A DNA stretch of 64,000 nt from a virus (IMGVR_UViG_2623620505_000001), one strand, 5' to 3'. Positions 34,161-44,264 are shown, numbered from the stretch's first letter. A program made the numbers and translations. Notes: generated by a model not told the origin, from the sequence alone.

Positions 34161-34550
34161 TTAAGGTTCAGACCAGTTATCTTCAATAGCAATGCTTAAT
34201 CTTTGTAGCCATTCTGCTAATTTCAGCATTGCTTCTCTTTCGCTTAAACCACGAGGAAAATCATCAAGCGAAATTGTTGGCTTGAAGCCCCCGTAATTAT
34301 CCATTTCAACAGTCAGATTTTGCTCCAGCACGGTATTCCTTACGCGGCTATTGTGCCGAAGCAAATATACTGAACGTGATTTATTGGTTTTATGGTCAAA
34401 CTGATATTCGGTAAGTATCATCTGGCTTTTGCCATGACTATTACCTCTCCACATACTTACCTCACTTAATAAAACAACTCCATGCGTAGTTGATGATTTT
34501 TTCCCACGTAATATAAATCTGCACTCCGGCAGTAAAACCAAAGCCAACAA
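34161..34550 (-). CDS. hypothetical protein
   Basis: 129-aa ORF. Confidence 0.45.
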   Translation of the reverse strand: MLALVLLPECRFILRGKKSSTTHGVVLLSEVSMWRGNSHGKSQMILTEYQFDHKTNKSRSVYLLRHNSRVRNTVLEQNLTVEMDNYGGFKPTISLDDFPRGLSEREAMLKLAEWLQRLSIAIEDNWSEP

Positions 34551-34632
34551 TTGCTGAAAAAATCAAAACATTTACTTTTGACATTATAAATTCTCTCTCG
34601 GTGTCGTAGGTGATAGCACCATAATTGATAAT

Positions 34633-34884
34633 TTAGTGAGTTAGCAGTTCCATTTTTTGGATGATTTCCGCATGAGCATCATCGTTATCAACACTTAACT
34701 CGTTTAATGCCTCTCGCACTACATCAACTTCTTCTGGTTGGAAGAAGTCATCTCGGTAGTCACCAAATAGAACCGAAACAAGCCTGCCACCAGCAACATC
34801 AAGATTGGCGCTAACAGGTGGCTCTTTACCATCCTCAAATTCGACTACAAAAGTTAATTTCCCCATCGTTACCACCAGCGACAA
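34633..34884 (-). CDS. hypothetical acidic protein
   Basis: 83-aa ORF. Confidence 0.4.
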   Translation of the reverse strand: MSLVVTMGKLTFVVEFEDGKEPPVSANLDVAGGRLVSVLFGDYRDDFFQPEEVDVVREALNELSVDNDDAHAEIIQKMELLTH

Positions 34885-34948
34885 ATTGAATACAAACCCA
34901 GTGCTGCCGCCATCACAATTCCTACCGTTGCGAATGCTTCAGGCCAGC

Positions 34949-35818
34949 TCATTGATTCACCTCCTGCGGCGGTTCCGGTAGAGGCATCCAGTACAAGGCG
35001 TTCCCTAACCACGATAAAGTGCCGTCGCTCAACTCCACGTATTCCCCTTGTACCTGTCCTGCCATATACTCGCCGTGCTTTGAATAAATTAAAATCCAAT
35101 CATCTTGAGCGGGCATTCGCTCACTACAGCTTATCCAACCATCCGGAGTTACCGGAACTTGCGGAATGGCTGTCTGCTCTCGAACGTCATTAGGCGCTAT
35201 AGGTTCTGCTGCCAACTGACTGGCATATTTGTTAATGGTAACGATAAGCTCTTGCTCAGCCTCATCCAGACAATCACCGATACCTCGCCTGTCACCGTCA
35301 AAATCATCGAAATCGGCACGAATCTTGGCAACCTTCTGGATTGCGGACAACACCTCACTAGGAATTACCGGATAGTTGGTTGACGTTTCCGCGATTTCCC
35401 GAAAATTATTGGTTGACGAATTCTTGTTTTCCCGAAAGTTTCCGGACTGAAGCATGGCGGCGCGGCAGGCGTTCCAGCCTCTCACCTCTGCAATAGCGGC
35501 AACAGCATCAACCGCGTACATGCTAAGAGGATTAGGCATTGGTTTTTCTTCCGGTACTACTGGAACGGGGGGAGCGGCGTAGACCTCAATAATTCCATTA
35601 TCAATAGGCCATTCTCCATCCTTGAGGTAGTCACTTGTGCCGTCAACTTGCTGTTCTGCAATGTGGAATGCACCTATTGGTTTTGCTTCCAGCGATGCCA
35701 GAGCAATTCGTGCCAGTTCTTCCGCTTCTTCTGCTGGCAGTACAACGTTGCTATCAGGTCCGTATGTTTCGCGCCACTGCTTGATTGTCAGCAGTCGCTC
35801 TTTGGTAATAGTGATCAT
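34949..35818 (-). CDS. hypothetical protein
   Basis: 289-aa ORF. Confidence 0.5.
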   Translation of the reverse strand: MITITKERLLTIKQWRETYGPDSNVVLPAEEAEELARIALASLEAKPIGAFHIAEQQVDGTSDYLKDGEWPIDNGIIEVYAAPPVPVVPEEKPMPNPLSMYAVDAVAAIAEVRGWNACRAAMLQSGNFRENKNSSTNNFREIAETSTNYPVIPSEVLSAIQKVAKIRADFDDFDGDRRGIGDCLDEAEQELIVTINKYASQLAAEPIAPNDVREQTAIPQVPVTPDGWISCSERMPAQDDWILIYSKHGEYMAGQVQGEYVELSDGTLSWLGNALYWMPLPEPPQEVNQ

Positions 35819-36402
35819 GCCGCGTTTCCTTCTTTCTTATTAACAATTACACCGTCATATATTTCATTAAGGTGCCCTCTCAACTCCATGCGCCTTAATG
35901 CAGATAACATGTAATCGCATTCAACCTGCTTATTCCCAATAAAAGGTTTATCTTCAGGGTTACCCCAACAGCAATTCCCCTTGGGCCATCCATGTACTTT
36001 CCGTACTCTTCCGTTAACAACGTGAAGTAATCCCCAGCCGGGAGGTAAATCCTCAACTGAAATAATTCCCGGCTCACTAATAAAGAATCGCCAGTCGCCC
36101 ATTCCAAGAGATGGATTTTTACGAAAACGCTTTTTTCTATCTGCCAACAAGTCAGCACGAGAACACTTCGCCTCTATCAGGCATGATGCTGAATTTCTGA
36201 ACCCCATAGCATCTGGCTGTTCTCCGGTACTGGTTACAGCTATAAAGCGGTCATGAAAACAAACCTTGAACCCGTTGCGCTTAAGGAACTTATACGCAAT
36301 CTGACAGAGTTCGCGGTGTGTTAACGCCATATCACTCTCCTTTAGTGCGCAAGTGGTTTTTCCAGCGGTTTTGCGCCGCGCTGGGCTTTTTGCAAAAACC
36401 AC
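35815..36402 (-). CDS. putative PD-(D/E)xK-type nuclease
   Basis: 195 aa; D...EAK-like segment PDAMGFRNSASCLIEAKCSRADL; weak call. Confidence 0.4.
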   Translation of the reverse strand: MVFAKSPARRKTAGKTTCALKESDMALTHRELCQIAYKFLKRNGFKVCFHDRFIAVTSTGEQPDAMGFRNSASCLIEAKCSRADLLADRKKRFRKNPSLGMGDWRFFISEPGIISVEDLPPGWGLLHVVNGRVRKVHGWPKGNCCWGNPEDKPFIGNKQVECDYMLSALRRMELRGHLNEIYDGVIVNKKEGNAA

Positions 36403-36520
36403 AATCCATCATCCCGTAATATTTCATCAACCCCATCCGTCGGTTGCTGAGTCTCACCCACTGCCAGACGCCAGGAGCGTTTCTACGAACTAACAGAATC
36501 TTTGCTTTACGGTTTTTCAT
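36332..36520 (-). CDS. small basic protein, MKNRKAK family, copy 2
   Basis: 62 aa; N-terminus MKNRKAKILLVRR; start overlaps the stop of copy 1. Confidence 0.4.
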   Translation of the reverse strand: MKNRKAKILLVRRNAPGVWQWVRLSNRRMGLMKYYGMMDCGFCKKPSAAQNRWKNHLRTKGE

Positions 36521-36693
36521 CTTACAGCGTACCCTTTCTTCCGCCTGTTCTGTGACGCAGTAGGCTTACGCTTTGCGGCAAAAGCCACCTGACCAAATGG
36601 ATGGAGTACCGCTATCTTATGGTTGCTAATAACCAGCTCCACCACACGCACAGGTCGCTGTAAAAAAAGTCGTTTTGCCTTACGGTTTTTCAT
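36517..36693 (-). CDS. small basic protein, MKNRKAK family, copy 1
   Basis: 58 aa by my manual translation (MKNRKAKRLFLQRPVRVVELVISNHKIAVLHPFGQVAFAAKRKPTASQNRRKKGYAVR); below the ORF-track size cutoff. Confidence 0.35.
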   Translation of the reverse strand: MKNRKAKRLFLQRPVRVVELVISNHKIAVLHPFGQVAFAAKRKPTASQNRRKKGYAVR

Positions 36694-36865
36694 CGCTTTG
36701 CTCTCCTGCGTCTCTTTGCTGCTCGTCGTGCCGCTGCAATACCGGTATGGCGGCGCTTTGGTGACGGGATGATGTTGTCAGCCATCAGTACATGTGGCTT
36801 TGCAATTAGCGCAGAAGCCCAAAAACGAGTCGGGTACGGTAACAAGCCGATACATGCCACACGCA

Positions 36866-37459
36866 TTACTCACCTCCTTTGATGCGAATGCCAGCGGTGC
36901 GTGGCACATTAACTTCCACGATGCGCACAGTTGGTTTGTACATCTCAATCGCTGTCAGCCAGTCAGCGCCAGTCATGCGCTTTTCTGCATCGCCATTAGT
37001 CCAATTAACCGGTACACCAATAGCCTTCATCGCGATTTCTATTTCCCCGGCAATGGCGCTTTTTCCGCAACCAGTAAAACCAGATACAACGACCAGAACT
37101 TCACCTTTGGCTGGTTTTATTTCCCGCGCTTCCAGTTCTGCTATGCGCTTACTTCCATCCGAGATAACACCTTCGTAATACTCACGCTGCTCGTTGAGTT
37201 TTGATTTTGTCTCCTCAAGCTCAACTCTCAGCTTCCCTACCGTTAGCGCAATATCCTCGTTCTCCTGGTCGCGGCGTTTGATGTATTGCTGGTTTCTTTC
37301 CAGTTCATCCAGCAGTGCCAGCGCGATATCTGGCGAAAAGTGCTTCATAAAATCGTTAAGCGCATTAATTCGCTGATCGAAGGGCATTACAGGTGCTTCA
37401 CCAGCAATTTTTGTTTTTTCAGCGATTTCACGAAGCTTTTGATAATCAATCTTGCTCAC
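36866..37459 (-). CDS. coiled-coil protein with C-terminal P-loop (Walker A GFTGCGKS)
   Basis: 197 aa; N-terminus IDYQKLREIAEK shared with the 291-aa paralog. Confidence 0.5.
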   Translation of the reverse strand: MSKIDYQKLREIAEKTKIAGEAPVMPFDQRINALNDFMKHFSPDIALALLDELERNQQYIKRRDQENEDIALTVGKLRVELEETKSKLNEQREYYEGVISDGSKRIAELEAREIKPAKGEVLVVVSGFTGCGKSAIAGEIEIAMKAIGVPVNWTNGDAEKRMTGADWLTAIEMYKPTVRIVEVNVPRTAGIRIKGGE

Positions 37460-38190
37460 TGGTTGCCTCCTTTGCGAAGCTGGGCAGCAAAGTCAACTAA
37501 CCACTCAGTCATTTCAACCTTCCCTACCAGGTCTGAACCAGGGTGCATACAGCAATCACTCTGCGCCGCTTTGAAATCCTTATACTCATATTCTTGGGCC
37601 ACCAGATTTTTTGCAGCTTCTATAGCAGCATCCACGCCCTGCGCCCGCACTTCAGCCAGGAAAGCATCGGTGGCTGGCATATTTCCTGTTGCCTTCATGG
37701 CCTCCAAAATAACCAGAACGCCATCTCGCCCAACTACCTCAGCGATAACCTCGGTGTTGTCGCCAACAACATCGCAGAATGCCTGAACTGCCTTACGAGC
37801 CAGCTCATTCTCCACTGCCAGCGCCGTGCGATTACCCTCCAGCTCTGCAATGCGCTGTTTTGCGGCATCCAGTTCAATCGACAATTTTTCCAACTGCTCT
37901 TGATGCTTCTTGTATTCCTGATATGCGTGCCAAGACTGACCTTTGCGCACACTATCAGTGATATCAGTAATCTGTTCTGGTGTTAGCGTGGTCAGTGGCT
38001 GTGATGGGAAAATAAGCACTTTCCCGGAATCCCAATCAAAACCAGCGTGAATTGACTGAACCTCAACTGAAGGTGTTGAACCAATGCTGCCAGGCGAATG
38101 AACAACGATTGTTACATCCATATCGCGACGATGGCTGTGGTTGTTGGACAAAATACGATTCACCAACTCAGAAAATTTGGAAAATTTCAT
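37456..38190 (-). CDS. modular paralog-family protein (coiled coil plus conserved C-terminal tail)
   Basis: 244 aa; PATDAFLAEVRAQ and terminal AAQLRKGGNQ shared with paralogs. Confidence 0.5.
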   Translation of the reverse strand: MKFSKFSELVNRILSNNHSHRRDMDVTIVVHSPGSIGSTPSVEVQSIHAGFDWDSGKVLIFPSQPLTTLTPEQITDITDSVRKGQSWHAYQEYKKHQEQLEKLSIELDAAKQRIAELEGNRTALAVENELARKAVQAFCDVVGDNTEVIAEVVGRDGVLVILEAMKATGNMPATDAFLAEVRAQGVDAAIEAAKNLVAQEYEYKDFKAAQSDCCMHPGSDLVGKVEMTEWLVDFAAQLRKGGNQ

Positions 38191-38510
38191 GCTGATTCCC
38201 CTTTCTCTGCTCTCTCCTGTCGGAACATCACTATCATCAGGTCGCCTTTTGTCGCTATCCTGGCTGTTGTACCTGGTTCAATGCGGCTAAGCTCAAATGC
38301 GTCATAGAACGCTTCTAATGCCTTCTGGCGTAGTTCCTGTTTGCGCCGTTTTTTCCACTGTTTTAGGAAAATGGAACCCAGCCATCGCCATGTGCGGGAC
38401 ATGATGTAAAGCCAACCGAGAAGTGCCAGACCGGTATTTAGGAGCGTATCGATCGTTATTGTCGTGTCGATATTCACTGGCTGCTTCCTTTGCGAATTTG
38501 TTCCGCCCAT
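38187..38510 (-). CDS. small membrane protein
   Basis: 107 aa with hydrophobic helices. Confidence 0.4.
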   Translation of the reverse strand: MGGTNSQRKQPVNIDTTITIDTLLNTGLALLGWLYIMSRTWRWLGSIFLKQWKKRRKQELRQKALEAFYDAFELSRIEPGTTARIATKGDLMIVMFRQERAEKGESA

Positions 38511-39349
38511 TCTTCAAGGGATTTCTCCGCATATTCACCAGACAGGCCATCAATCGGATGCGCTTCATTAGCCAACTCTTCTTTCGCTGACAAAATCATG
38601 CGTGTAACGTCGAAAACTTCACGCAAAGACTTATTGATAAATCCGTGATTGAACGCAGCAGCAAGACGGCTGGCGGTATAGTTAATCCCCTCGTTGCGTG
38701 CTTCCGCACGAATTTCAGACAGGAAAGCATCGGTGGCTGGGATTTCGACATTAGGTCGAAGCTCATAATCACAAACTCTTTCAATCCATGGTGATACTCT
38801 GTCGCATTTCCTCTTCTTGCGTTCACCGACCTTGGTTGCCTGCTGAATAATTACCCCCCAGCAAATGCTTTCGACCTCTTCGCTCCATCCATCGCAAGCA
38901 TCGCCTCTATAGTCGTCAATTGCAGCCTCAGCAGCAGCGATAGCCTCCTCAGCAGTTTTGTGACACTCGAAACTAAATTCAGAGCCATATGAGAAATACA
39001 TAGCCCCGGCCTTCAGCGCCGCATTCTCCGCTGCCAGCGCCGCGAGATTAGTCTCAAGCTCTGCAATTCGACACATAGCATCAATATTTGTGTCCTCCAG
39101 GCGCTTAATTTCACCAAGCAGCTCCAGTGCAACCTTTGGGTTGAACGCGGCAACATAACGAGCGTTGTTCTCTGCATTTTTCTGTCCATCAAAGCCGGTC
39201 CATTTGATAACGTCTTCACATCGTTCATCACCGGGCGTGTGCACCGCATAAGTACCAGTATCCGTCGAAATAAATGCGACCCATTCGTCTGGTGTTGCCT
39301 TTTCTGCCGCCTCACGCAGTACCTGATAGTCAATTGTCATTCTCGCCAT
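38474..39349 (-). CDS. modular paralog-family protein
   Basis: 291 aa; IDYQVLREAAEK N-terminus, PATDAFLSEIRAE, terminal AEQIRKGSSQ. Confidence 0.5.
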   Translation of the reverse strand: MARMTIDYQVLREAAEKATPDEWVAFISTDTGTYAVHTPGDERCEDVIKWTGFDGQKNAENNARYVAAFNPKVALELLGEIKRLEDTNIDAMCRIAELETNLAALAAENAALKAGAMYFSYGSEFSFECHKTAEEAIAAAEAAIDDYRGDACDGWSEEVESICWGVIIQQATKVGERKKRKCDRVSPWIERVCDYELRPNVEIPATDAFLSEIRAEARNEGINYTASRLAAAFNHGFINKSLREVFDVTRMILSAKEELANEAHPIDGLSGEYAEKSLEEWAEQIRKGSSQ

Positions 39350-40017
39350 CCTTCACAGTTGTAATCACTACAGCCTTCAAAATCATATGGGCTGTACTGC
39401 CAGGTTATTTTTCCGCAATGCGGACAATTCCAACGCACCTTCCCGCTTCGCGACTTCTTTCTTCTGTTCTGCTCTTTCAACCAGTCAGGCATGACCAACC
39501 CTGCGCCCTGAACCATTGTTCTGCGGTTAAAGTTATTGATATTGAACGTCCGGCGCTTTGCTGCATCAGCAATGGAAAATGGCAACCAAACTATTCCTGG
39601 TTCGTTTTTGTTGGCGACGCTAAAGATGGTCGCTTTACTGAAGTCATCTGTTGGCAATCCACCGTGTTGAAGCCAGTAAACATCGTTGCCGTTCCAGCTA
39701 CCTTTTTTGTAGGCCACATACGCAGTGCAATCTGACTCAATCAGGCTTTCTGTAGGGATGTACTGGCAATCAACGTGCCACACAGCCATTGCATCCACGC
39801 TATCAGCGCAAACAGGCTGATCGATATCTCGTCCACAATTCCAGGCTTTTTGGGCTTCTTCCAGCGTGTAAACATGAGCGCGATCGATATCAGAACTGTA
39901 ACCATTGCCGTTATGGCAATGGAATGAGGCGTTATTACCCACAGTTTCACGCAAGCACATCATGTAAAAACGGTTACTCACTGGTTGCCTCCTTGGCGGA
40001 GTTGCGCTGCGATGCAT
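39337..40017 (-). CDS. hypothetical protein with C-terminal Cys cluster
   Basis: 226 aa; NCPHCGK...CSDYNCEGW. Confidence 0.45.
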   Translation of the reverse strand: MHRSATPPRRQPVSNRFYMMCLRETVGNNASFHCHNGNGYSSDIDRAHVYTLEEAQKAWNCGRDIDQPVCADSVDAMAVWHVDCQYIPTESLIESDCTAYVAYKKGSWNGNDVYWLQHGGLPTDDFSKATIFSVANKNEPGIVWLPFSIADAAKRRTFNINNFNRRTMVQGAGLVMPDWLKEQNRRKKSRSGKVRWNCPHCGKITWQYSPYDFEGCSDYNCEGWRE

Positions 40018-40217
40018 GAAAAAAAAGACTCCCGAGTGTGACAGTTAAGAGCTGGTGCGAACGCCGCGTTAAGAACGGCGGCATCACAGCCGTCATCAAT
40101 ATAGAGCGCAATTTTTTTCTCCAGGCGCGCTTTGGCTTCCTGCAGCTGCATACCCCGGCACGCACGCGGGATATAATCAGCAATTTGAGCGATAGCTTTT
40201 TCGTTCTGTTTAAACAT
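39978..40217 (-). CDS. short paralog carrying the family C-terminal tail
   Basis: 79 aa ending AAQLRQGGNQ. Confidence 0.4.
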   Translation of the reverse strand: MFKQNEKAIAQIADYIPRACRGMQLQEAKARLEKKIALYIDDGCDAAVLNAAFAPALNCHTRESFFSCIAAQLRQGGNQ

Positions 40218-40413
40218 GCTTCACCTCGATAGGCTTGATGGTGTCTAACAGCAGTCGACGGCGCGTATTTTCTGCAAAGTGGCGGCGTCCGGTATCTTTG
40301 TGGTAAAACTCATTTTTGCCGACGACCCACATCCGCTCTGTTTGGTGCAGTTTTTTTACCTGCGGACCGTCTTTGGTGATCACGGTGCCGGTATGGGTTT
40401 TTACGATTGTCAT
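40210..40413 (-). CDS. hypothetical small protein
   Basis: 67-aa ORF. Confidence 0.35.
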   Translation of the reverse strand: MTIVKTHTGTVITKDGPQVKKLHQTERMWVVGKNEFYHKDTGRRHFAENTRRRLLLDTIKPIEVKHV

Positions 40414-40496
40414 GCCACTACCTATTCGAACAGATGAACGAGACAGGCCGATGCTCGTCCACCTGAAAAACTGACGATTTGATGCATACTCACGGT

Positions 40497-41225
40497 TTAT
40501 TCCTGAATGCGCTTAAACTCGATTACCCACACCCAGGGATTAGCGTTCCAGCTTTCTTCACCATAGATGGATTCCCACAGACGCTGGAACGCAACCTTGG
40601 CCATTGCGAAATCCCCCTTGGGAGTAAGGAATGTTCCCGGGTGATCAGGAAGCAAACTTCCAGCAGGCGGAACGCCCTCATCCCTTGCATCGCATTCGCT
40701 GATATCGTTCAACCGCTCAACGCGCACGTTGGTTATTTCCAACAGGATGCGTGATGCCCATCGCGGCATGTGAATTGATGGACGCCACCCACCATCAAAC
40801 TTTTCATTCACAGTGTGAGGTTTCCAGTCGGCATCATCGGGTATCGACCATAAACCGTAATCACCAGGCTTTTGCTCACAACTGGCCCGATAAATCCTTG
40901 CTGCGTTCTTCTCATCGCCACGACAAAGGTTGTCGTTCCAGTCCACACTGCAACCATCTTCATTGCCTAATATCGCCCATGTTTCACGAACCCAAATTCG
41001 ATCGCCGACGATACCAAAGGGGCAATTGAAAACACTGCTTACACCATCAGCCCCGTACCACTGAAAACCTGCACCAATTTCCCTAACCATCACTGGTGCT
41101 TCTGGACCAACTTCCGCAGGCTGATTTTTCATTATCCGCCGCGTCTGCGTTTTCCTTCCTTCGAGGATGGCTCGGACCATCTCATCGTTGAAAATCATGC
41201 CGCGCTCTTTCACTTCGCCTTTCAT
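40497..41225 (-). CDS. hypothetical protein
   Basis: 242-aa ORF with a C1 operator upstream. Confidence 0.5.
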   Translation of the reverse strand: MKGEVKERGMIFNDEMVRAILEGRKTQTRRIMKNQPAEVGPEAPVMVREIGAGFQWYGADGVSSVFNCPFGIVGDRIWVRETWAILGNEDGCSVDWNDNLCRGDEKNAARIYRASCEQKPGDYGLWSIPDDADWKPHTVNEKFDGGWRPSIHMPRWASRILLEITNVRVERLNDISECDARDEGVPPAGSLLPDHPGTFLTPKGDFAMAKVAFQRLWESIYGEESWNANPWVWVIEFKRIQE

Positions 41226-41402
41226 GCATCCCCCTTACCCATGCGCGACGATGCCGCCAAAAGTGATAGAGAACAGCCAGAAATAGATCGCGGCCATAAT
41301 GATTTTGAATGCCGTGTTCATATTTTCAGCTCCTGTGATTGATTGGATACATGCCGCGCCTTGCGGCATGTTTTTATTTTCACTTTCTCTGTTTTAAAAA
41401 TC

Positions 41403-41419
41403 AATATTCATTAGAGCAA
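41403..41419 (-). promoter_or_regulatory. C1 operator
   Basis: atattcattagagcaat (15/17). Confidence 0.65.
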
Positions 41420-41926
41420 TTATTGTTGGTGGAGAAGCGCGTTTTCATACTCCCTGACCATTAACGTAAGTACGCCGTGACTCCTGAAAACACGCGCCAC
41501 TTCAATCTTATCTTCCAGCGCGAACGCAATTTTACTTAGACCAATTTTCTTCAGGAGATCAATCTTTGCTGGACCGTCATTTCTGTCATCGGTGGCAGGA
41601 CGCATAGATAGCAAAGGCTCAGCCCCGTTTGTTACGTACTTCCGCAGCCAGGCTCGTGTTTTATCCCTTGCGATCTCACAGCGCCCGGTTACAAACCAGA
41701 CCGTGTAAACGTTAAATAACTGGCGCACCATATCAATAACCGGAGTGATGGGAGTATCGGTGTCACAGGCGAGATTAAACTCGTTCCAGTCCTTTGTTAA
41801 TGCACCTTTACCTGGTGGCGGAAGCAAATGCAGTCTGTCTTCAGTTGCCTCTGATATTGTTCCATCAATATCGACTATGACGATATACGGACGTTCCTGG
41901 TGTGCGTGTTTATTGAAAATACTCAA
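41420..41926 (-). CDS. HAD-superfamily phosphatase-like protein
   Basis: 168 aa; DxDGT motif VIVDIDGTIS near the N-terminus. Confidence 0.55.
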   Translation of the reverse strand: MSIFNKHAHQERPYIVIVDIDGTISEATEDRLHLLPPPGKGALTKDWNEFNLACDTDTPITPVIDMVRQLFNVYTVWFVTGRCEIARDKTRAWLRKYVTNGAEPLLSMRPATDDRNDGPAKIDLLKKIGLSKIAFALEDKIEVARVFRSHGVLTLMVREYENALLHQQ

Positions 41927-41998
41927 ATGCCCTCCTCATTGGACGAAAAAAATGCTGGTGGGCGCACTCCACCAGCATTAAAAGTGACGCTGTAACTA

Positions 41999-43261
41999 TC
42001 AGCGGACGTAAATAGTGCCGCCGTTCTCTTTTTCCCATGCATCGCTACGTGCATAGCAAACATCGAGAAGTCTTCTTGCCGCTGTTTCCTCTAAACCCAA
42101 TTCGACAACCAACTGCTCATGACGGCGGGTAACCACATCAAACAGGGTATGCAACCCTTTAGTTGCCAGATCATCAATGAATTCCGGTTCGAACGGCAGC
42201 TCTGTATCTGCCAACATAACCTCTTGCGCCCACTCAACTCGACGGACCAATTCCGGGCGGCGGCTTTCCATCTCTTTACAGATCAATTCATGGAAGAACT
42301 CTACCCAACCTTCCGGCTGGAACTCGCGGAAAATTGCCAACGGCTGGAAGTTTGGCATCAACCATTCGTTGATTCGGATATCAATGGCATAGCCCATGTC
42401 GCAGCAGAACTGATAAGCAAAGTCCAGCTTAGAAACGATATAAGGACGCTCGTTATTGAACTCTTTAGGCGATGAGATCCCATAAGCCAGGAGGCGCGGG
42501 AAGAAGGAGATTTGCCCTAACGTCGGATGAAGTTTGCTTGCAGGGAAACGGCGCTCAGTAATGCCATACATTTCCTTCTTGAGCGTCGCAAATTTGGCAT
42601 TCTCATTAACCAGCGCGGTAACCTCTGCTTTTTTATTAGCAAATGCCACGCGCGCTTCGCTTGCATCTTTAATAGTTTTTTTGAGCTGTTGGTTAAGGTC
42701 GGCGACCTGCTTACGCAGTTCCTGTCGCTCGCTTTTAGCTTTGTTATAGCGTTTCTCAAGGTTAAAAGGATCAAGTTTCATGATCTCTTTATATTGAGAT
42801 TTTAGCGTTGAAATCTGTGAGTTCCGCAGTTCAACCATCGCGGTCATTTCATTGAGTTTTGTTTCCAGCTCAATGCTTATACGTTCGGCATTATCAGCAC
42901 GCTGGTTGGCGTCATGCGTCGCATCGTCGATCGCGTCCTGTTGCTGGCGTTTCAAATGTTCAATTTGTAGCTGAAGCTCTTCAATTTCTTTACCCTTCAG
43001 ACCGAGATCCAACTGCATATTTTCAGCTGCATCTACCAGGGAGTTATGGCTATCAGCTTCTGCGTTATAAACATCAATAAGCTGTGCGTGAAGCATCTCC
43101 GCTGACTGAACCGCATTATCAAAAAAACGCGCTGTGAGGTCATCACAACTAACGCGGCGTTGCGCGGCCCGGATGTTCTGGATAATGGCCGGGATACCGG
43201 CATTCAGGACGTCAGGGATAGATACATTTTCGATTGATTGGTTTTGTGCTGAAGTGCTCAT
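41999..43261 (-). CDS. hypothetical protein with long central coiled coil
   Basis: 420-aa ORF. Confidence 0.5.
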   Translation of the reverse strand: MSTSAQNQSIENVSIPDVLNAGIPAIIQNIRAAQRRVSCDDLTARFFDNAVQSAEMLHAQLIDVYNAEADSHNSLVDAAENMQLDLGLKGKEIEELQLQIEHLKRQQQDAIDDATHDANQRADNAERISIELETKLNEMTAMVELRNSQISTLKSQYKEIMKLDPFNLEKRYNKAKSERQELRKQVADLNQQLKKTIKDASEARVAFANKKAEVTALVNENAKFATLKKEMYGITERRFPASKLHPTLGQISFFPRLLAYGISSPKEFNNERPYIVSKLDFAYQFCCDMGYAIDIRINEWLMPNFQPLAIFREFQPEGWVEFFHELICKEMESRRPELVRRVEWAQEVMLADTELPFEPEFIDDLATKGLHTLFDVVTRRHEQLVVELGLEETAARRLLDVCYARSDAWEKENGGTIYVR

Positions 43262-43262
43262 T

Positions 43263-43481
43263 TCAAAGTTCCGTATTAGCTTGTGCTTCGGTCATTTTTC
43301 CTAAGTATGAAGGAGGAAGGACTACGCAATTTGTATCCAGTCCCTCACCTATGGCAGCCTGTAAAATTCTGGCTAAGGTGAGTCTCTTGTTGCGATACCT
43401 GGTGATGACATGCCTGATACCGCCGGTCGGCGTAACAAAGGCGATCAGCCAGTAGTGATATTTCCGTCGGAATGGCCACAT
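43263..43481 (-). CDS. hypothetical small protein
   Basis: 72-aa ORF directly upstream of the 420-aa gene. Confidence 0.35.
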   Translation of the reverse strand: MWPFRRKYHYWLIAFVTPTGGIRHVITRYRNKRLTLARILQAAIGEGLDTNCVVLPPSYLGKMTEAQANTEL

Positions 43482-43495
43482 AGTGCACCTTGTAG

Positions 43496-43512
43496 ATTGC
43501 TCTAATAAAAAA
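43496..43512 (+). promoter_or_regulatory. C1 operator-like site
   Basis: attgctctaataaaaaa (14/17). Confidence 0.55.
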
Positions 43513-43544
43513 CGTGATGAGTGTACATCACGTTTTAAAAATAT

Positions 43545-43561
43545 GGAATTATTAGAGCAAT
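43545..43561 (-). promoter_or_regulatory. C1 operator-like site, inverted partner of 43496..43512
   Basis: ggaattattagagcaat (14/17). Confidence 0.55.
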
Positions 43562-43562
43562 A

Positions 43563-44264
43563 TTATTCTGATTCTCGCTCAAAAAATGAGCTGATAAGGG
43601 GAAGCCAATCCTCTGACACTTCGCGAGGTCGCGGTTTGCCGTGGAAAAAGATTATTCGGCAGTCTTTTGGTAATGCCCCATTCCCCCTGGAGTAACGCGC
43701 GCTCGCATATTTTGAACCAGGTTCCACAACATCGGCCTTGTAACTTACAAACCATCCTGGATACAGATCCTGAAATGCTGGTGTATCATCGCCCATAACC
43801 TTTCGTAAGAACCCCTGGTCACCCCAGCACTCAGTAGTGACACAACGAGAAATCCAACCTTCCGGATCTTGCCAGAATGAACTCCAGATATGCGCTTTAA
43901 CACTATTTGGTATCCACAGGGCACCGCTGCCACGATATTGTGGATGGTAAAAATCCCTAAGCATGGTGAAGCTGGTTGGTGGATGCTCTAGGATTGGGCG
44001 TATATCACCGGCAATAACCGTGTCCAAATCCAGATAGAACAGATCATCGGTTATATCCGGTCGGAACAACTCGATTTTCGCCCACCAGCCACGGCACTTT
44101 TGCCACTGGTTGATCAATGGGACAACTTTGACGCCAGGTACATGTAAACGCTTCAGGTCTGTCAGGCAAATAATTTCATAGCCTTTTGGCAGTTGATTAA
44201 CCAGCCACTGCACATCGGAAGCGTTATAGTCACCACCAGAGCGAAAAACTAAAGCAATCTTCAT
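43563..44264 (-). CDS. hypothetical protein
   Basis: 233-aa ORF overlapping the ppp stop. Confidence 0.5.
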   Translation of the reverse strand: MKIALVFRSGGDYNASDVQWLVNQLPKGYEIICLTDLKRLHVPGVKVVPLINQWQKCRGWWAKIELFRPDITDDLFYLDLDTVIAGDIRPILEHPPTSFTMLRDFYHPQYRGSGALWIPNSVKAHIWSSFWQDPEGWISRCVTTECWGDQGFLRKVMGDDTPAFQDLYPGWFVSYKADVVEPGSKYASARYSRGNGALPKDCRIIFFHGKPRPREVSEDWLPLISSFFERESE

